Origin: a virus
Lineage: Duplodnaviria; Caudoviricetes
Virus record (IMG/VR): IMGVR_UViG_3300032373_001165
Span: 1-32,372 of that record
DNA length: 32,372 nucleotides
Strand: one strand, 5' to 3'
The translations under genes were made by a program, and so were the position numbers. The notes under the pieces were generated by a model that was not told the DNA's origin, searched no databases, and saw only the letters and a program-made list of their open reading frames with translations. Positions 8,950-17,241 of this stretch are shown piece after piece (the stretch's first letter is position 1; each line of letters begins with the position of its first letter).

Positions 8950-9118
8950 ACATCTCGACCGCGAAATGCGCGAAGAAACGGCGTTTGCCGGACTTGAACT
9001 GGTTGGCAGTCTGTGCGCAGCTTTACCGCCAAACAGTGATCTGTCCGGGATTCGGGCCGATGCCATGGCATTGTTCCTTGAACTGGTGCGGCTCGAACTT
9101 CGGGCCTGCCGCAGTTAA
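8942..9118 (+). CDS. small hypothetical protein downstream of antirepressor
   Basis: GGAGG RBS at 8931-8935, ATG 8942 overlapping the ant stop. Confidence 0.6.
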   Translation: MSEHLDREMREETAFAGLELVGSLCAALPPNSDLSGIRADAMALFLELVRLELRACRS

Positions 9119-9136
9119 ACAGACGGGACGGCGGGC

Positions 9137-9544
9137 ATGACGGTGCCCGCCAGACCACTTCCCGCACTTTTACATGAAATTTCAGAGCTTGTCGGCAAGA
9201 ATACAGCTTTGGCATTGGCCGATCAGTTTGGTGGTACCAGGATCTATATCCCTTTGCCGGAAAACCTAAAAATCAATCACCCGTTAGTGCTTTGCGTTGG
9301 CATGGTGGCGGCCAAAAAAATTGCCAAGCAATACAGCCGCGAGCAAATCACAATACCGCTGGCGCGGGAATTATTGGCCAGTCAAATCGCACGAGAAATT
9401 GAGACCGGAAGTACGGTCGCGCAAATAGCCAGACGGCTGGGAACTACCGAACGCAATGTCTGGCGGATAAAGGCCAGAGCTGTCGACAAATCGGATCGGG
9501 CGCAATCTGATCTTTTTGAAAGTCCTCAAGCAGCGAAGCGGTAG
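9137..9544 (+). CDS. mor: Mor/C-family transcription activator
   Basis: ALALADQFGGTRIYIP and C-terminal HTH VAQIARRLGTTERNVWRI; lies before the lysis operon. Confidence 0.9.
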   Translation: MTVPARPLPALLHEISELVGKNTALALADQFGGTRIYIPLPENLKINHPLVLCVGMVAAKKIAKQYSREQITIPLARELLASQIAREIETGSTVAQIARRLGTTERNVWRIKARAVDKSDRAQSDLFESPQAAKR

Positions 9545-9658
9545 GACAAACAAAAAAGTCCTCAAGCAGCGAAGCGGTAGGACAAACAAAAAAGTCCTCA
9601 AGCAGCGAAGCGGTAGGACAAACAAAAAAGTCCTCAAGCAGCGAAGCGGTAGGACAAA
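9519..9658 (+). repeat. 36-bp tandem repeat array 1 (4 identical cores)
   Basis: GTCCTCAAGCAGCGAAGCGGTAGGAC cores start at 9522, 9558, 9594, 9630, separated by AAACAAAAAA. Confidence 0.98.
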
Positions 9659-9678
9659 GTAAAAGCTCTACAAATAAA

Positions 9679-9698
9679 AGCTGACCGCTGTCAGCATG
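9679..9698 (+). promoter_or_regulatory. dyad activator-binding site of putative lysis late promoter
   Basis: AGCTGACCGCTGTCAGCATG (GCTGAC-4bp-GTCAGC), identical to 17222-17241. Confidence 0.8.
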
Positions 9699-9753
9699 TT
9701 TGAACCATCAAAACCAAGGCAAGTTCTCAGCTAACTTAACAGGAGCCGTGAAA

Positions 9754-10638
9754 ATGCCAACCCCGCAACGTATTCATCGACAAATTACCAAGGCTGGACT
9801 GGAAGCGATCAAGCGCCGTGAGGGTTTGCGGCTTAACGCTTATCAGGACGATGCCGGAGTTTGGACGATCGGTTACGGCCACACCGGCGATGTGTGGAAA
9901 GGCGATGTGATTGATGAAGGCAAAGCGGAAGATTTGTTGCGCGAAGATGTAAAGTGGGCGGAAACTACGATCAGTGCATCGGTACAAGTCCCGCTAAAAG
10001 ATCACCAGTTTGATGCGCTGGTTTCTTGGGCTTTTAATATCGGCACCGGTCAAACTATCGACAGCACATTGGTGCGTCGTCTTAATGCTGGTGAATTTGA
10101 TGCGGTGCCATCAGAACTGATGCGCTGGGTAAAAGTAACCTCACCGACTTCTGGCAAAAAACTGTTTAGCCAAGGTCTGCAAAACCGCAGGCAATCAGAA
10201 GTCAATCAATGGATGCAAGCTAATTCGAATGTTCAAAAGTCCTCAAGTAGCAAAGCGGTAGGACAAACAAAAAAGTCCTCAAGTAGCAAAGCGGTAGGAC
10301 GAACAAAAAAGTCCTCAAGCAGCGAAGCGGTAGGACAAACAAAAAAGTCCTCAAGCAGCGAAGCGGTAGGGCAAATGGGTGTGGGCTTGGCGCCAAGCCC
10401 AATTCCGGCTGGTCGGGTTGACATTTCCAAAAGCAGAACCTTGCGCGGTGGCGCAGTAGCTGGGGCTGGAACCATTGCCGGCTCGGTTCTTGAAGCTGTG
10501 GAAAATGCCAAGCCGCAAGTGGCTGAAGCTATGTGGTTTATGCCGACATTGAAATGGGTATTTGTCGGCTTGGTTTTAGTTGGATTGGCTGCGGTGATTT
10601 ACGCCCGGCTTGATGATTATCGAAAGGGTGAGACATGA
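9754..10638 (+). CDS. GH24 lysozyme (endolysin) with repeat linker and hydrophobic C-terminal segments
   Basis: EGLRLNAYQDDAGVWTIGYGHT, QFDALVSWAFNIG, GLQNRRQSE; AGGAG RBS; C-terminal WVFVGLVLVGLAAVIYARL. Confidence 0.95.
   Translation: MPTPQRIHRQITKAGLEAIKRREGLRLNAYQDDAGVWTIGYGHTGDVWKGDVIDEGKAEDLLREDVKWAETTISASVQVPLKDHQFDALVSWAFNIGTGQTIDSTLVRRLNAGEFDAVPSELMRWVKVTSPTSGKKLFSQGLQNRRQSEVNQWMQANSNVQKSSSSKAVGQTKKSSSSKAVGRTKKSSSSEAVGQTKKSSSSEAVGQMGVGLAPSPIPAGRVDISKSRTLRGGAVAGAGTIAGSVLEAVENAKPQVAEAMWFMPTLKWVFVGLVLVGLAAVIYARLDDYRKGET
10236..10375 (+). repeat. 36-bp tandem repeat array 2 (4 units), in-frame within endolysin
   Basis: Cores start at 10239, 10275, 10311, 10347; encode (K)KSSSS[K/E]AVG[Q/R]T. 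Confidence 0.98.
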
Positions 10639-10928
10639 GTTTTACTACCCTTTTAGCGGCTTTCAAAGCCAGTCGGTATTTTGCCTTCGCCACCAAATGG
10701 GGTGGCGTTGTTTTGGCGGTGCTACTGGCGCTGCTCGGCCTGATGAAATGGGCGAGCCGAACACAAAGTCGCGCTGCTCAAATTGAAATTGAATCCCGGA
10801 TGCTGCGGCAACGGGGTGACGCACTAAAGGAAATAGAAAATGTTCAAGCTAAAATGGAAACTGCCGGTGCTGATCAGCCTCGGGATCGTGATGATTTGGC
10901 TGAGCAGTTGCGAGACGAAAACTACTGA
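10635..10928 (+). CDS. putative inner-membrane spanin (Rz-like)
   Basis: N-terminal TM helix then helical segment; follows endolysin. Confidence 0.7.
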   Translation: MSFTTLLAAFKASRYFAFATKWGGVVLAVLLALLGLMKWASRTQSRAAQIEIESRMLRQRGDALKEIENVQAKMETAGADQPRDRDDLAEQLRDENY

Positions 10929-11112
10929 TCTGCCACCAATGGTTCAAATCATCTGTCCGCGCCTGATCGAATATTCACCAGAGCTATTGGCAAAAGCTGC
11001 CGATGAGGTGGACGCATTGCCGCAAAATTCAGCTTTGGTGGTTCTGCTGAATGATTATGGCGGCCAGCGCAATCGAGCGCGAGCCTGTCGGGTGGAGGAT
11101 AAACAGAAATGA
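10840..11112 (+). CDS. putative outer-membrane lipoprotein spanin (Rz1-like)
   Basis: Hydrophobic leader with lipobox LSSC; overlaps the Rz-like gene in another frame; Pro/Cys mature part. Confidence 0.72.
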   Translation: MFKLKWKLPVLISLGIVMIWLSSCETKTTDLPPMVQIICPRLIEYSPELLAKAADEVDALPQNSALVVLLNDYGGQRNRARACRVEDKQK

Positions 11113-11333
11113 GTGTCTTTGTTTTTTTTAGTTTAATGCTGGCTGTACTTGCGTTTGAGATCGCTTTTATCCTTTTCCATCTGTCAAAAATCTACGGCCG
11201 ATTAAATCGAATGGAAGGAGAGTGGCATCGTTTGTGGCGCAAAACCGACGATGATTGGTCAGGCTTGTGGAAAACGATTGAAAAGAAAATTAGCCCACGA
11301 CTTAATGCTCTTGAGGACAAAGCCAATGACTAG
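11109..11333 (+). CDS. small membrane protein
   Basis: Strongly hydrophobic N-terminus; ATGA coupling. Confidence 0.62.
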   Translation: MSVFVFFSLMLAVLAFEIAFILFHLSKIYGRLNRMEGEWHRLWRKTDDDWSGLWKTIEKKISPRLNALEDKAND

Positions 11334-11538
11334 CCAATTAGATCAAGCGCAGGAATTTGAAGAGCGCGATCGGCAAACGGCCTTGGCACGGGTGCATAAA
11401 CGATTATCCGTGGTGCATTCGGACTGGCTGATATGTGTTGATTGTGGAGAAGATATTCCAAAGGCACGGCGAGAAGCCGTGCCGGGAACAAAGTTTTGTA
11501 TTGAGTGCGCCAATTTCCGGGAGAGAAAACATGGGTGA
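11326..11538 (+). CDS. TraR/DksA C4 zinc-finger protein
   Basis: CVDCGEDIPKARREAVPGTKFCIECA. Confidence 0.92.
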   Translation: MTSQLDQAQEFEERDRQTALARVHKRLSVVHSDWLICVDCGEDIPKARREAVPGTKFCIECANFRERKHG

Positions 11539-11920
11539 TTTTGATCCAAAGATGGCCGGGTTTTTGTTTGCGGTATTTGCTTTTTTTGCCGGTCTAATGG
11601 GCGCGGCAATGCGTTGGTTGTTTAGCCGAGCGATTAAAGGTTTGGACTCAAAGTTTGAGGAAATTGACGACCGGCTAGATCAAAATAATTTTCGTTTTGA
11701 AAAACTGGAGGCAGTGATCGAAAAAGGCGCAGAGAGCAGAAACGCCATGGCCACGCAAATGGCACGGATTGAGGAGCGGTTAAAAGTTATTCCGTCTCAT
11801 ACCCAGTTCGCAGACTTGGCCAAAGAGGTCGGCATCATCAAATCCAGCCAAGCCGCGTCGGCTAGGCAACTTGATCTGATCGCTGAACACATTTTGAAGC
11901 AGGAGGCGCGGGGAAAGTGA
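11531..11920 (+). CDS. Mu gp25-like membrane-anchored coiled-coil protein (DUF2730-like)
   Basis: N-terminal TM, IEERLKVIPS motif, position before gp26/gp27-like genes. Confidence 0.7.
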   Translation: MGDFDPKMAGFLFAVFAFFAGLMGAAMRWLFSRAIKGLDSKFEEIDDRLDQNNFRFEKLEAVIEKGAESRNAMATQMARIEERLKVIPSHTQFADLAKEVGIIKSSQAASARQLDLIAEHILKQEARGK

Positions 11921-12219
11921 GTTTTTCTGAAACATTGGCAGCAGATCAGCGATTGTTCGTTTTGCGGTTGTTGGCCGAATTGCCCGGTTATTCGTCAAAT
12001 GTTAGCGCCCTGCAATCATCCTTGGAGATCGAAGCTGGTCATCGTCTGTCACGGGCGGCTGCAATGGGACTGGCCGATTGGCTGGTGGAAATGGGACTTG
12101 TCACCTCTAAAAACTTAGATCCAAGAATCCGGGTGATCACTTTAACATCAGCTGGCGCGGATGTGGCTTCGGGTGCTTCATTCATAACTGGGGTCAAACG
12201 TCCACGAGCTGGGATTTGA
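11917..12219 (+). CDS. Mu gp26-like winged-helix protein
   Basis: DQRLFVLRLLAELPGYSSN...WLVEMGLV...LTSAGADVASG...GVKRP. Confidence 0.85.
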   Translation: MSFSETLAADQRLFVLRLLAELPGYSSNVSALQSSLEIEAGHRLSRAAAMGLADWLVEMGLVTSKNLDPRIRVITLTSAGADVASGASFITGVKRPRAGI

Positions 12220-12223
12220 CACC

Positions 12224-12766
12224 ATGGGTCGCAAGAATAAAATCCTGACTTTACCTGAGGAAATAATAACGCAGATCAATGAAATGATCGGCTCCGAGCG
12301 TTTTACTTTGGACGAGATCATGGATCATTTGCGCGAGCTGGGTGTTGATGATGTTTCCAGATCCGGATTGCATCGGCACACTGCCAGCATCAAACAAATT
12401 GCCGCCACCATGCGAAGATCGCGAACTGTGGCCGAAAGTCTAACCAAGCACCTTGGGCCGTCGGTCAAAGACGGTGATCTGGCCAGAACCGTTATTGAAA
12501 TGGTACATGGATTGCTGATGAATAATGTTACGTCAGCGCTTACCGGCGAAGCTGAAGATCCAAGTGCCATGGAATTGATGCGCATTTCAGCGGCTTTGCA
12601 AAAACTGGCAAGCGCTCAAAAACTAGATGTAGAGCGGGTCGATAAAATTAGAGAACAGGCCACTGCTGAAGCGGTTGGCCGGGTAGAGAAGGAAGGTAAA
12701 AAGCTTGGCATGACTAAAGCTACAATCGCTAAAATAAATCATGCTGTGCTGGGAATTGAAGTATGA
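12224..12766 (+). CDS. Mu gp27-like (DUF3486) putative terminase small subunit
   Basis: MGRKNKILTLPEEI, VSRSGLHRH; precedes large terminase. Confidence 0.88.
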   Translation: MGRKNKILTLPEEIITQINEMIGSERFTLDEIMDHLRELGVDDVSRSGLHRHTASIKQIAATMRRSRTVAESLTKHLGPSVKDGDLARTVIEMVHGLLMNNVTSALTGEAEDPSAMELMRISAALQKLASAQKLDVERVDKIREQATAEAVGRVEKEGKKLGMTKATIAKINHAVLGIEV

Positions 12767-14256
12767 GCGTTCCGGTTTTCCCATCAAAGCTGGATATTGA
12801 TGCAGAAATTGTACTGGATTCGATAAAAGACCTCCCACGCGGCGATTTGTTGTTGCCGTACCAGCAAAGAGCGTTGCAGCTTCTTGACAGTGTCAGTGTT
12901 TTGGCGATTGAAAAATCTCGAAGAATTGGCATGACCTGGGCATTTGCCGCCAAGGCCGTCTTGGTGGCCGGAGCACAGCGAGAGGCTGGCGGAAAGAAAG
13001 TAATGTACATTTCCTATGACAAGGAGATGACCCGTGAATTTATTGATGCCTGCGCGATGTGGGCTAAAGCATTCGATATAGCCGCCGAAAATTCTCATGA
13101 GTTCCTGTTCAAAGATGGTCGCAAGGGTGAAGAAATACAGGCATTTCGGATAAAATTTGCCTCCGGCTTTGAAATTGTCGCGCTGTCATCATCGCCACGC
13201 ACAATTCGTGGCAAACAAGGCTTGGTAATTTTGGACGAAGCAGCTTTTGTTGATGATATTGCGGCGCTTTTAAAGGCTGCAATGGCGGTTCTAATGTGGG
13301 GTGGCAAGGTTGTCGTCCTTTCAACCCATGACGGCGAAGGCAACGCCTTTAATCAGCTTTTGATCGACATACGTGCGAACCGCCGCAAAGGAGCTGTGCT
13401 TAAAACGACATTAAAAGATGCTCTGGCTGACGGTCTTTATGAGCGGATTTGTTTGGTTACCGGGGAAGAGCCAACGCCATCGGGAAAGATTGAGTGGGAA
13501 GCCGATATTAGGGATTCCTATGGTGATGACGCGGATGAAGAGCTGGACTGCATACCTAGCAAAGGATCTGGATCATGGATCAGCCCGGCGCTGATTGCAG
13601 CAGCAGCCCATGAAGAAGCGGGACATCCACGGTTTTACCAAGGCGGTTTATGTTTTGTCGGTCGTGATATCGCACGAAGAAATCACCTTGCAACCATCTT
13701 GCCATTTGAAGATGTGAATGGCGTTTTATGGCAGCGAGAGAGCGTTGAAATGCGAAATGAAACCTTTGCGGCGCAGGCAAAGGAATTTGATAGAATCGTC
13801 GCTGACTACCGGGTGGTTCGTGCCGCATTCGACCAATCGGGAATGGGAGAAGTGGTGGTCGAGCAGGCGCAGGAAAAATATGGCGAGCATTTGGTTGAGG
13901 GTGTTATTTTTTCCTCAACAGCAAAGCTGAACATGGCGACCATTTTAAAGCAACGATTTGAAGATGGGACTATTCGGATCAAAAACGATGATAAAACAAA
14001 AGCTGATTTTCGTTCAATCAAGAAAATTTCCGGCGGCACCGGTGCACCGCGCATTGCCGAAGACGGCTCCAGTGACGGCCATGGTGACAGGTTCTGGGCG
14101 GCAGCTCTGGCAGTGGGAGCAGCTGGTGATCGGGTGGTTAGCTTTGACCATGAAGCCAGTTCGGAAAAACGCGCTGGAATGGAAGATTTGCAAATTGATA
14201 CGCAAACCGGCTTTGGCGTGGTTGGCGCGGGTCTTGATATGAGCGGCTGGGAGTAA
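12763..14256 (+). CDS. terminase large subunit (Mu gp28-like)
   Basis: LLPYQ, EKSRRIGMTW, VILDEAAF, GRDIAR, HGDRFWA. Confidence 0.96.
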   Translation: MSVPVFPSKLDIDAEIVLDSIKDLPRGDLLLPYQQRALQLLDSVSVLAIEKSRRIGMTWAFAAKAVLVAGAQREAGGKKVMYISYDKEMTREFIDACAMWAKAFDIAAENSHEFLFKDGRKGEEIQAFRIKFASGFEIVALSSSPRTIRGKQGLVILDEAAFVDDIAALLKAAMAVLMWGGKVVVLSTHDGEGNAFNQLLIDIRANRRKGAVLKTTLKDALADGLYERICLVTGEEPTPSGKIEWEADIRDSYGDDADEELDCIPSKGSGSWISPALIAAAAHEEAGHPRFYQGGLCFVGRDIARRNHLATILPFEDVNGVLWQRESVEMRNETFAAQAKEFDRIVADYRVVRAAFDQSGMGEVVVEQAQEKYGEHLVEGVIFSSTAKLNMATILKQRFEDGTIRIKNDDKTKADFRSIKKISGGTGAPRIAEDGSSDGHGDRFWAAALAVGAAGDRVVSFDHEASSEKRAGMEDLQIDTQTGFGVVGAGLDMSGWE

Positions 14257-14260
14257 AGCC

Positions 14261-15733
14261 ATGGAGAACAATAAACCAGAAACCGAAGAGCTAAGCGCCA
14301 TTGCTGGTGGTTACACGCCGGACGTCGCCGGGAGCTGGGCTGATGCCCTTTTGGTCAATGGTGATGATCCGGTTTTGTCGTCAAAAGCCGGTGATCTTAA
14401 AATCTATGAAAAGGTGCTGGCCGACGAACAGGTATTTGCCACATTCCAGCAGCGCCGAAACGCGCTGACATCTAAACCCATCGAGGTACGGGCGGGCGGC
14501 ACCGACAAAGCCAGCCAGATGGCCGCTGATTTTATTCGTGAGATGATCGAGAATTTAAGTTTTGATCGCATCACCAACCGAATGATGTACGGCCTTTTTT
14601 ACGGCTACGCGGTTGGTGAATGTTTGTTTGATCGCGATGGCAAAAATTGGACACTTGCCGATGTGAAAGTGCGAAAAGCCCGCCGCTTCAGATATGACAA
14701 AGCCGGAGCCTTGCGGCTGCTAACCAAATCCACACCGCTGGGCGTATTGATGCCGGAGCGAAAATTTTGGACATTTGAATCCGGTGCGGACAATGATGAC
14801 AACCCATATGGCGTGGGACTTGGTGCCTATTGTTATTGGCCGTGCTTTTTCAAACGAAACGATATTAAGTTCTGGCTGATCGCCTTGCAAAAGTTTGGGA
14901 GCCCGACTCCGATCGGAAAATTCCCACCAAATGCCAGCCAGAAGGATAAAGAGAAACTTCTCGAAGCCTTGATGGCGTTGCAAAGCTCGACCGCAATGGC
15001 GGTGCCGGAAAGTATGCTCATTGAGTTGTTGCAATCTAATTCGCGGGTCGGCGGAAATTATGAGGCTTTGCATTCGGTGATGGACGCCAGCATTGCCAAG
15101 GTGATTTTAAGCCAGACCATGACCACTGATAACGGCTCCAGCATGAGCCAAGCCTCGGTTCACATGGAGGTGCGCGAAGAGGTTACGGCCACCGACGCCG
15201 ATTTGCTGATGGGCTCGTTCAATGCCGGGCCGGTCAAATGGCTATCTGAATGGAATTTTCCCAACGCCCAGCCGCCACGGGTGATCCGCCAAGTGGAGCC
15301 GCCTCAAGACGTGGGTGCTCTGGCCGCCCGCGATCAAAAACTATTTGCGATGGGTTGGCAGCCAAGCGAACAGCGGATCCGCGAAACCTACGGCGATGGC
15401 TATCAGCGCCGGGCCGCGCCGGAGACATCTGCTGCGCCTGAATTTTCTGCCGGTGATTTAGGAGATCATCCCGCCGCGCCGCCGCCTGATGCCATTGATC
15501 GCTATTTGTCCAGTGACGAACATGTTGATGCTTTGGAAGAGGAAACAGACGGGTTTTTGGCCGAGATTGAATTGGCGTTGAAAGCCGCTGGAAACCCTGA
15601 TGAAGCCAAACTGGCTTTGGCAAATTTGTTGGGCGTGACCGCAGATGATGCTTTCGTGGCGCGGCTGGCAAAGGCTAGCTTTGCCGCCAGAATGCACGGG
15701 CGGGCGATATTGGAGTCGGACGAGGAGGTCTGA
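14261..15733 (+). CDS. portal protein (Mu gp29, DUF935)
   Basis: NPYGVGL, KFGSPTPIGKFP, IAKVILSQTMTT, VHMEVR. Confidence 0.94.
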   Translation: MENNKPETEELSAIAGGYTPDVAGSWADALLVNGDDPVLSSKAGDLKIYEKVLADEQVFATFQQRRNALTSKPIEVRAGGTDKASQMAADFIREMIENLSFDRITNRMMYGLFYGYAVGECLFDRDGKNWTLADVKVRKARRFRYDKAGALRLLTKSTPLGVLMPERKFWTFESGADNDDNPYGVGLGAYCYWPCFFKRNDIKFWLIALQKFGSPTPIGKFPPNASQKDKEKLLEALMALQSSTAMAVPESMLIELLQSNSRVGGNYEALHSVMDASIAKVILSQTMTTDNGSSMSQASVHMEVREEVTATDADLLMGSFNAGPVKWLSEWNFPNAQPPRVIRQVEPPQDVGALAARDQKLFAMGWQPSEQRIRETYGDGYQRRAAPETSAAPEFSAGDLGDHPAAPPPDAIDRYLSSDEHVDALEEETDGFLAEIELALKAAGNPDEAKLALANLLGVTADDAFVARLAKASFAARMHGRAILESDEEV

Positions 15734-16941
15734 TGGCAAATGTCAATCTAGTTCCATTGCCGCCTGCCGAGGCGATCAAGTATTTTCGCAAGAAAACTGT
15801 TGGTGGACGGTTTTCATTTGCGTGGGCTGATGTTTGGCAAGAAGAGCATGCGGCTAGTTTCGTGGTCGCCAAAGCCATGCGCGCTGATATTTTGAAAATA
15901 ATCTTTGCCGGTCTTGATCGGGCTTTGGCCGAAGGGCGCACGGCGCGCCAGTTTGCCAACGAAGTGCGGCCATTGCTGCAATCTAAAGGCTGGTGGGGCA
16001 AAAAACGACAATTTGATCCGGTCGTTAAAAAAACAAAACTAGTGCAACTTGGCTCAGCACGCAGATTGCAATTTATTTACGACACCAATTTACGAACTGC
16101 ACGCGCGGCGGGGCGTTGGGAGATCATTGAGCGCTTAAAAAAACGCCGTCCGTTTTTGCGTTACGTGGCGGTTTTGGACGAACGCACCCGGGCCTTGCAC
16201 CGACGCTGGCATGGTATCACCTTGCCGGTCGATCATAATTTTTGGAAAACCCACTACCCGCCCAATGGCTGGAATTGCCGCTGTATCGTGATGCAGCTTT
16301 CCCAGCGTGACATCGACAAGGGCAAGGGTAAGCTCACCGCAAATGGCGATTTGGCAATTCGCGGATTTGGTCAGACGCGACCTTGGAAAAATCCGCGCAC
16401 TGGAAAAGTCAGCCAAGTGCCGCTCGGCATTGATCCGGGTTGGGGCAGTAATGTCGGCCAAGCACGAGGGGATATTCTTTCACGGTTTTTAGCGGGCAAA
16501 CTGGATGGCCTGCACGAAGACATGGCGACGGCGGCGGTGGCGGATCTGGTGCGTGGGCCAGTCTTTGCGCGGCATGTGTTGGGATTACTACCCGGATTTT
16601 TACCGATTGGCTCAATGACCGATCAGATGCGTGATGCTTTAGGTGTTTCGACGCGGCTGGTTCGTTTCAGCCAAGCCACCGCACAAAAGCAGCTTCGACG
16701 GCATCCGGACATTGGAGCCGCACAATACGCCAAAGTGCAAAAAAATATCGCCAGCGCAATCATTCTACATGAGGGCACACAAAATCTGGTCATGTTCTTT
16801 GAAGATGACGGCCGCTGGTGGCGGGCAGTGATCAAGGTTACGGCAGACCTATCGGAATTGTACCTGACGACGTTTCATCGGGTCGCCGCCGCACAGGTGA
16901 CAAGAGCTATCGCCAGCGGCACCGTTATCGGTAGCAAATGA
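15733..16941 (+). CDS. MuF (gp30) head morphogenesis protein with C-terminal extension, possibly a PBECR-like nuclease
   Basis: RRLQFIYDTN, DERTRALH, PPNGWNCRC, GIDPGW; extra C-terminal domain KQLRRHPDI...WWRAVIKVT...LYLTTFHR. Confidence 0.9.
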   Translation: MANVNLVPLPPAEAIKYFRKKTVGGRFSFAWADVWQEEHAASFVVAKAMRADILKIIFAGLDRALAEGRTARQFANEVRPLLQSKGWWGKKRQFDPVVKKTKLVQLGSARRLQFIYDTNLRTARAAGRWEIIERLKKRRPFLRYVAVLDERTRALHRRWHGITLPVDHNFWKTHYPPNGWNCRCIVMQLSQRDIDKGKGKLTANGDLAIRGFGQTRPWKNPRTGKVSQVPLGIDPGWGSNVGQARGDILSRFLAGKLDGLHEDMATAAVADLVRGPVFARHVLGLLPGFLPIGSMTDQMRDALGVSTRLVRFSQATAQKQLRRHPDIGAAQYAKVQKNIASAIILHEGTQNLVMFFEDDGRWWRAVIKVTADLSELYLTTFHRVAAAQVTRAIASGTVIGSK

Positions 16942-16946
16942 TGGAA

Positions 16947-17017
16947 GCGGCCTGGTGGGTCGGAAGCTCCCACGCGGATCGACAAAGTGCCTTCCGGGTA
17001 TCCATGCCTCAGGTCGC
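16947..17017 (+). ncRNA. candidate structured RNA (three-way junction with complementary loops)
   Basis: GCGGCCTG/CAGGTCGC, GTGGG/CCCAC and GGAT/ATCC stems; loop CGGAAG (16961-16966) complementary to loop CTTCCG (16991-16996); strand assumed. Confidence 0.45.
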
Positions 17018-17221
17018 GTGAGCGATACTGGCAGAATTTGGCTAAAAAGCAAGCTCATGAAATTTCGCGCCACTGGCGGCGATGATGGTCATCTAAGCTG
17101 TGACGGGGCGTATTTTCGCCAAATCCGGCCACAAACCCTTTCGAAGCCTTTCTAAGGGGCAGTTAGGCTTCGCAATTTGGATTAGTGTACTTGGTGCCCG
17201 CTGTTTTTAAATCAAATTGCT

Positions 17222-17241
17222 AGCTGACCGCTGTCAGCATG
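17222..17241 (+). promoter_or_regulatory. dyad activator-binding site of putative head-operon late promoter
   Basis: Exact 20-bp match to 9679-9698; candidate -10 TAGGTT at 17263-17268. Confidence 0.8.

Noticed and set aside
9519-9658. CRISPR array or TIGR-type guide array (36-nt period; unit begins GT and includes AAAC)
   Set aside because: Units are identical with no variable spacers, and there is no cas or Nop-domain gene in the window. A repeat-mimic role remains only as a testable idea.
9371-10511. Reverse-strand repetitive ORFs (RTFLFVLPLRCL and PTASLLEDFFVC repeats)
   Set aside because: By-products of the 36-bp arrays; no RBS or independent coding evidence.
16947-17017. HDV-like or hammerhead ribozyme
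   Set aside because: TCCCAC resembles an HDV L3 loop, but I could not build P1, P1.1 or J4/2; no CUGANGA/GAAA hammerhead core.
16955-17155. 66-aa ORF as MuF immunity protein
   Set aside because: GTG start buried in a predicted stem, no clear RBS, atypical composition; not fully excluded.
17019-17220. Additional short inverted repeats (GAAGCCT/AGGCTTC, CCAAAT/ATTTGG)
   Set aside because: Short, widely spaced stems with no U-tract; not enough to call a terminator or RNA without comparative data.
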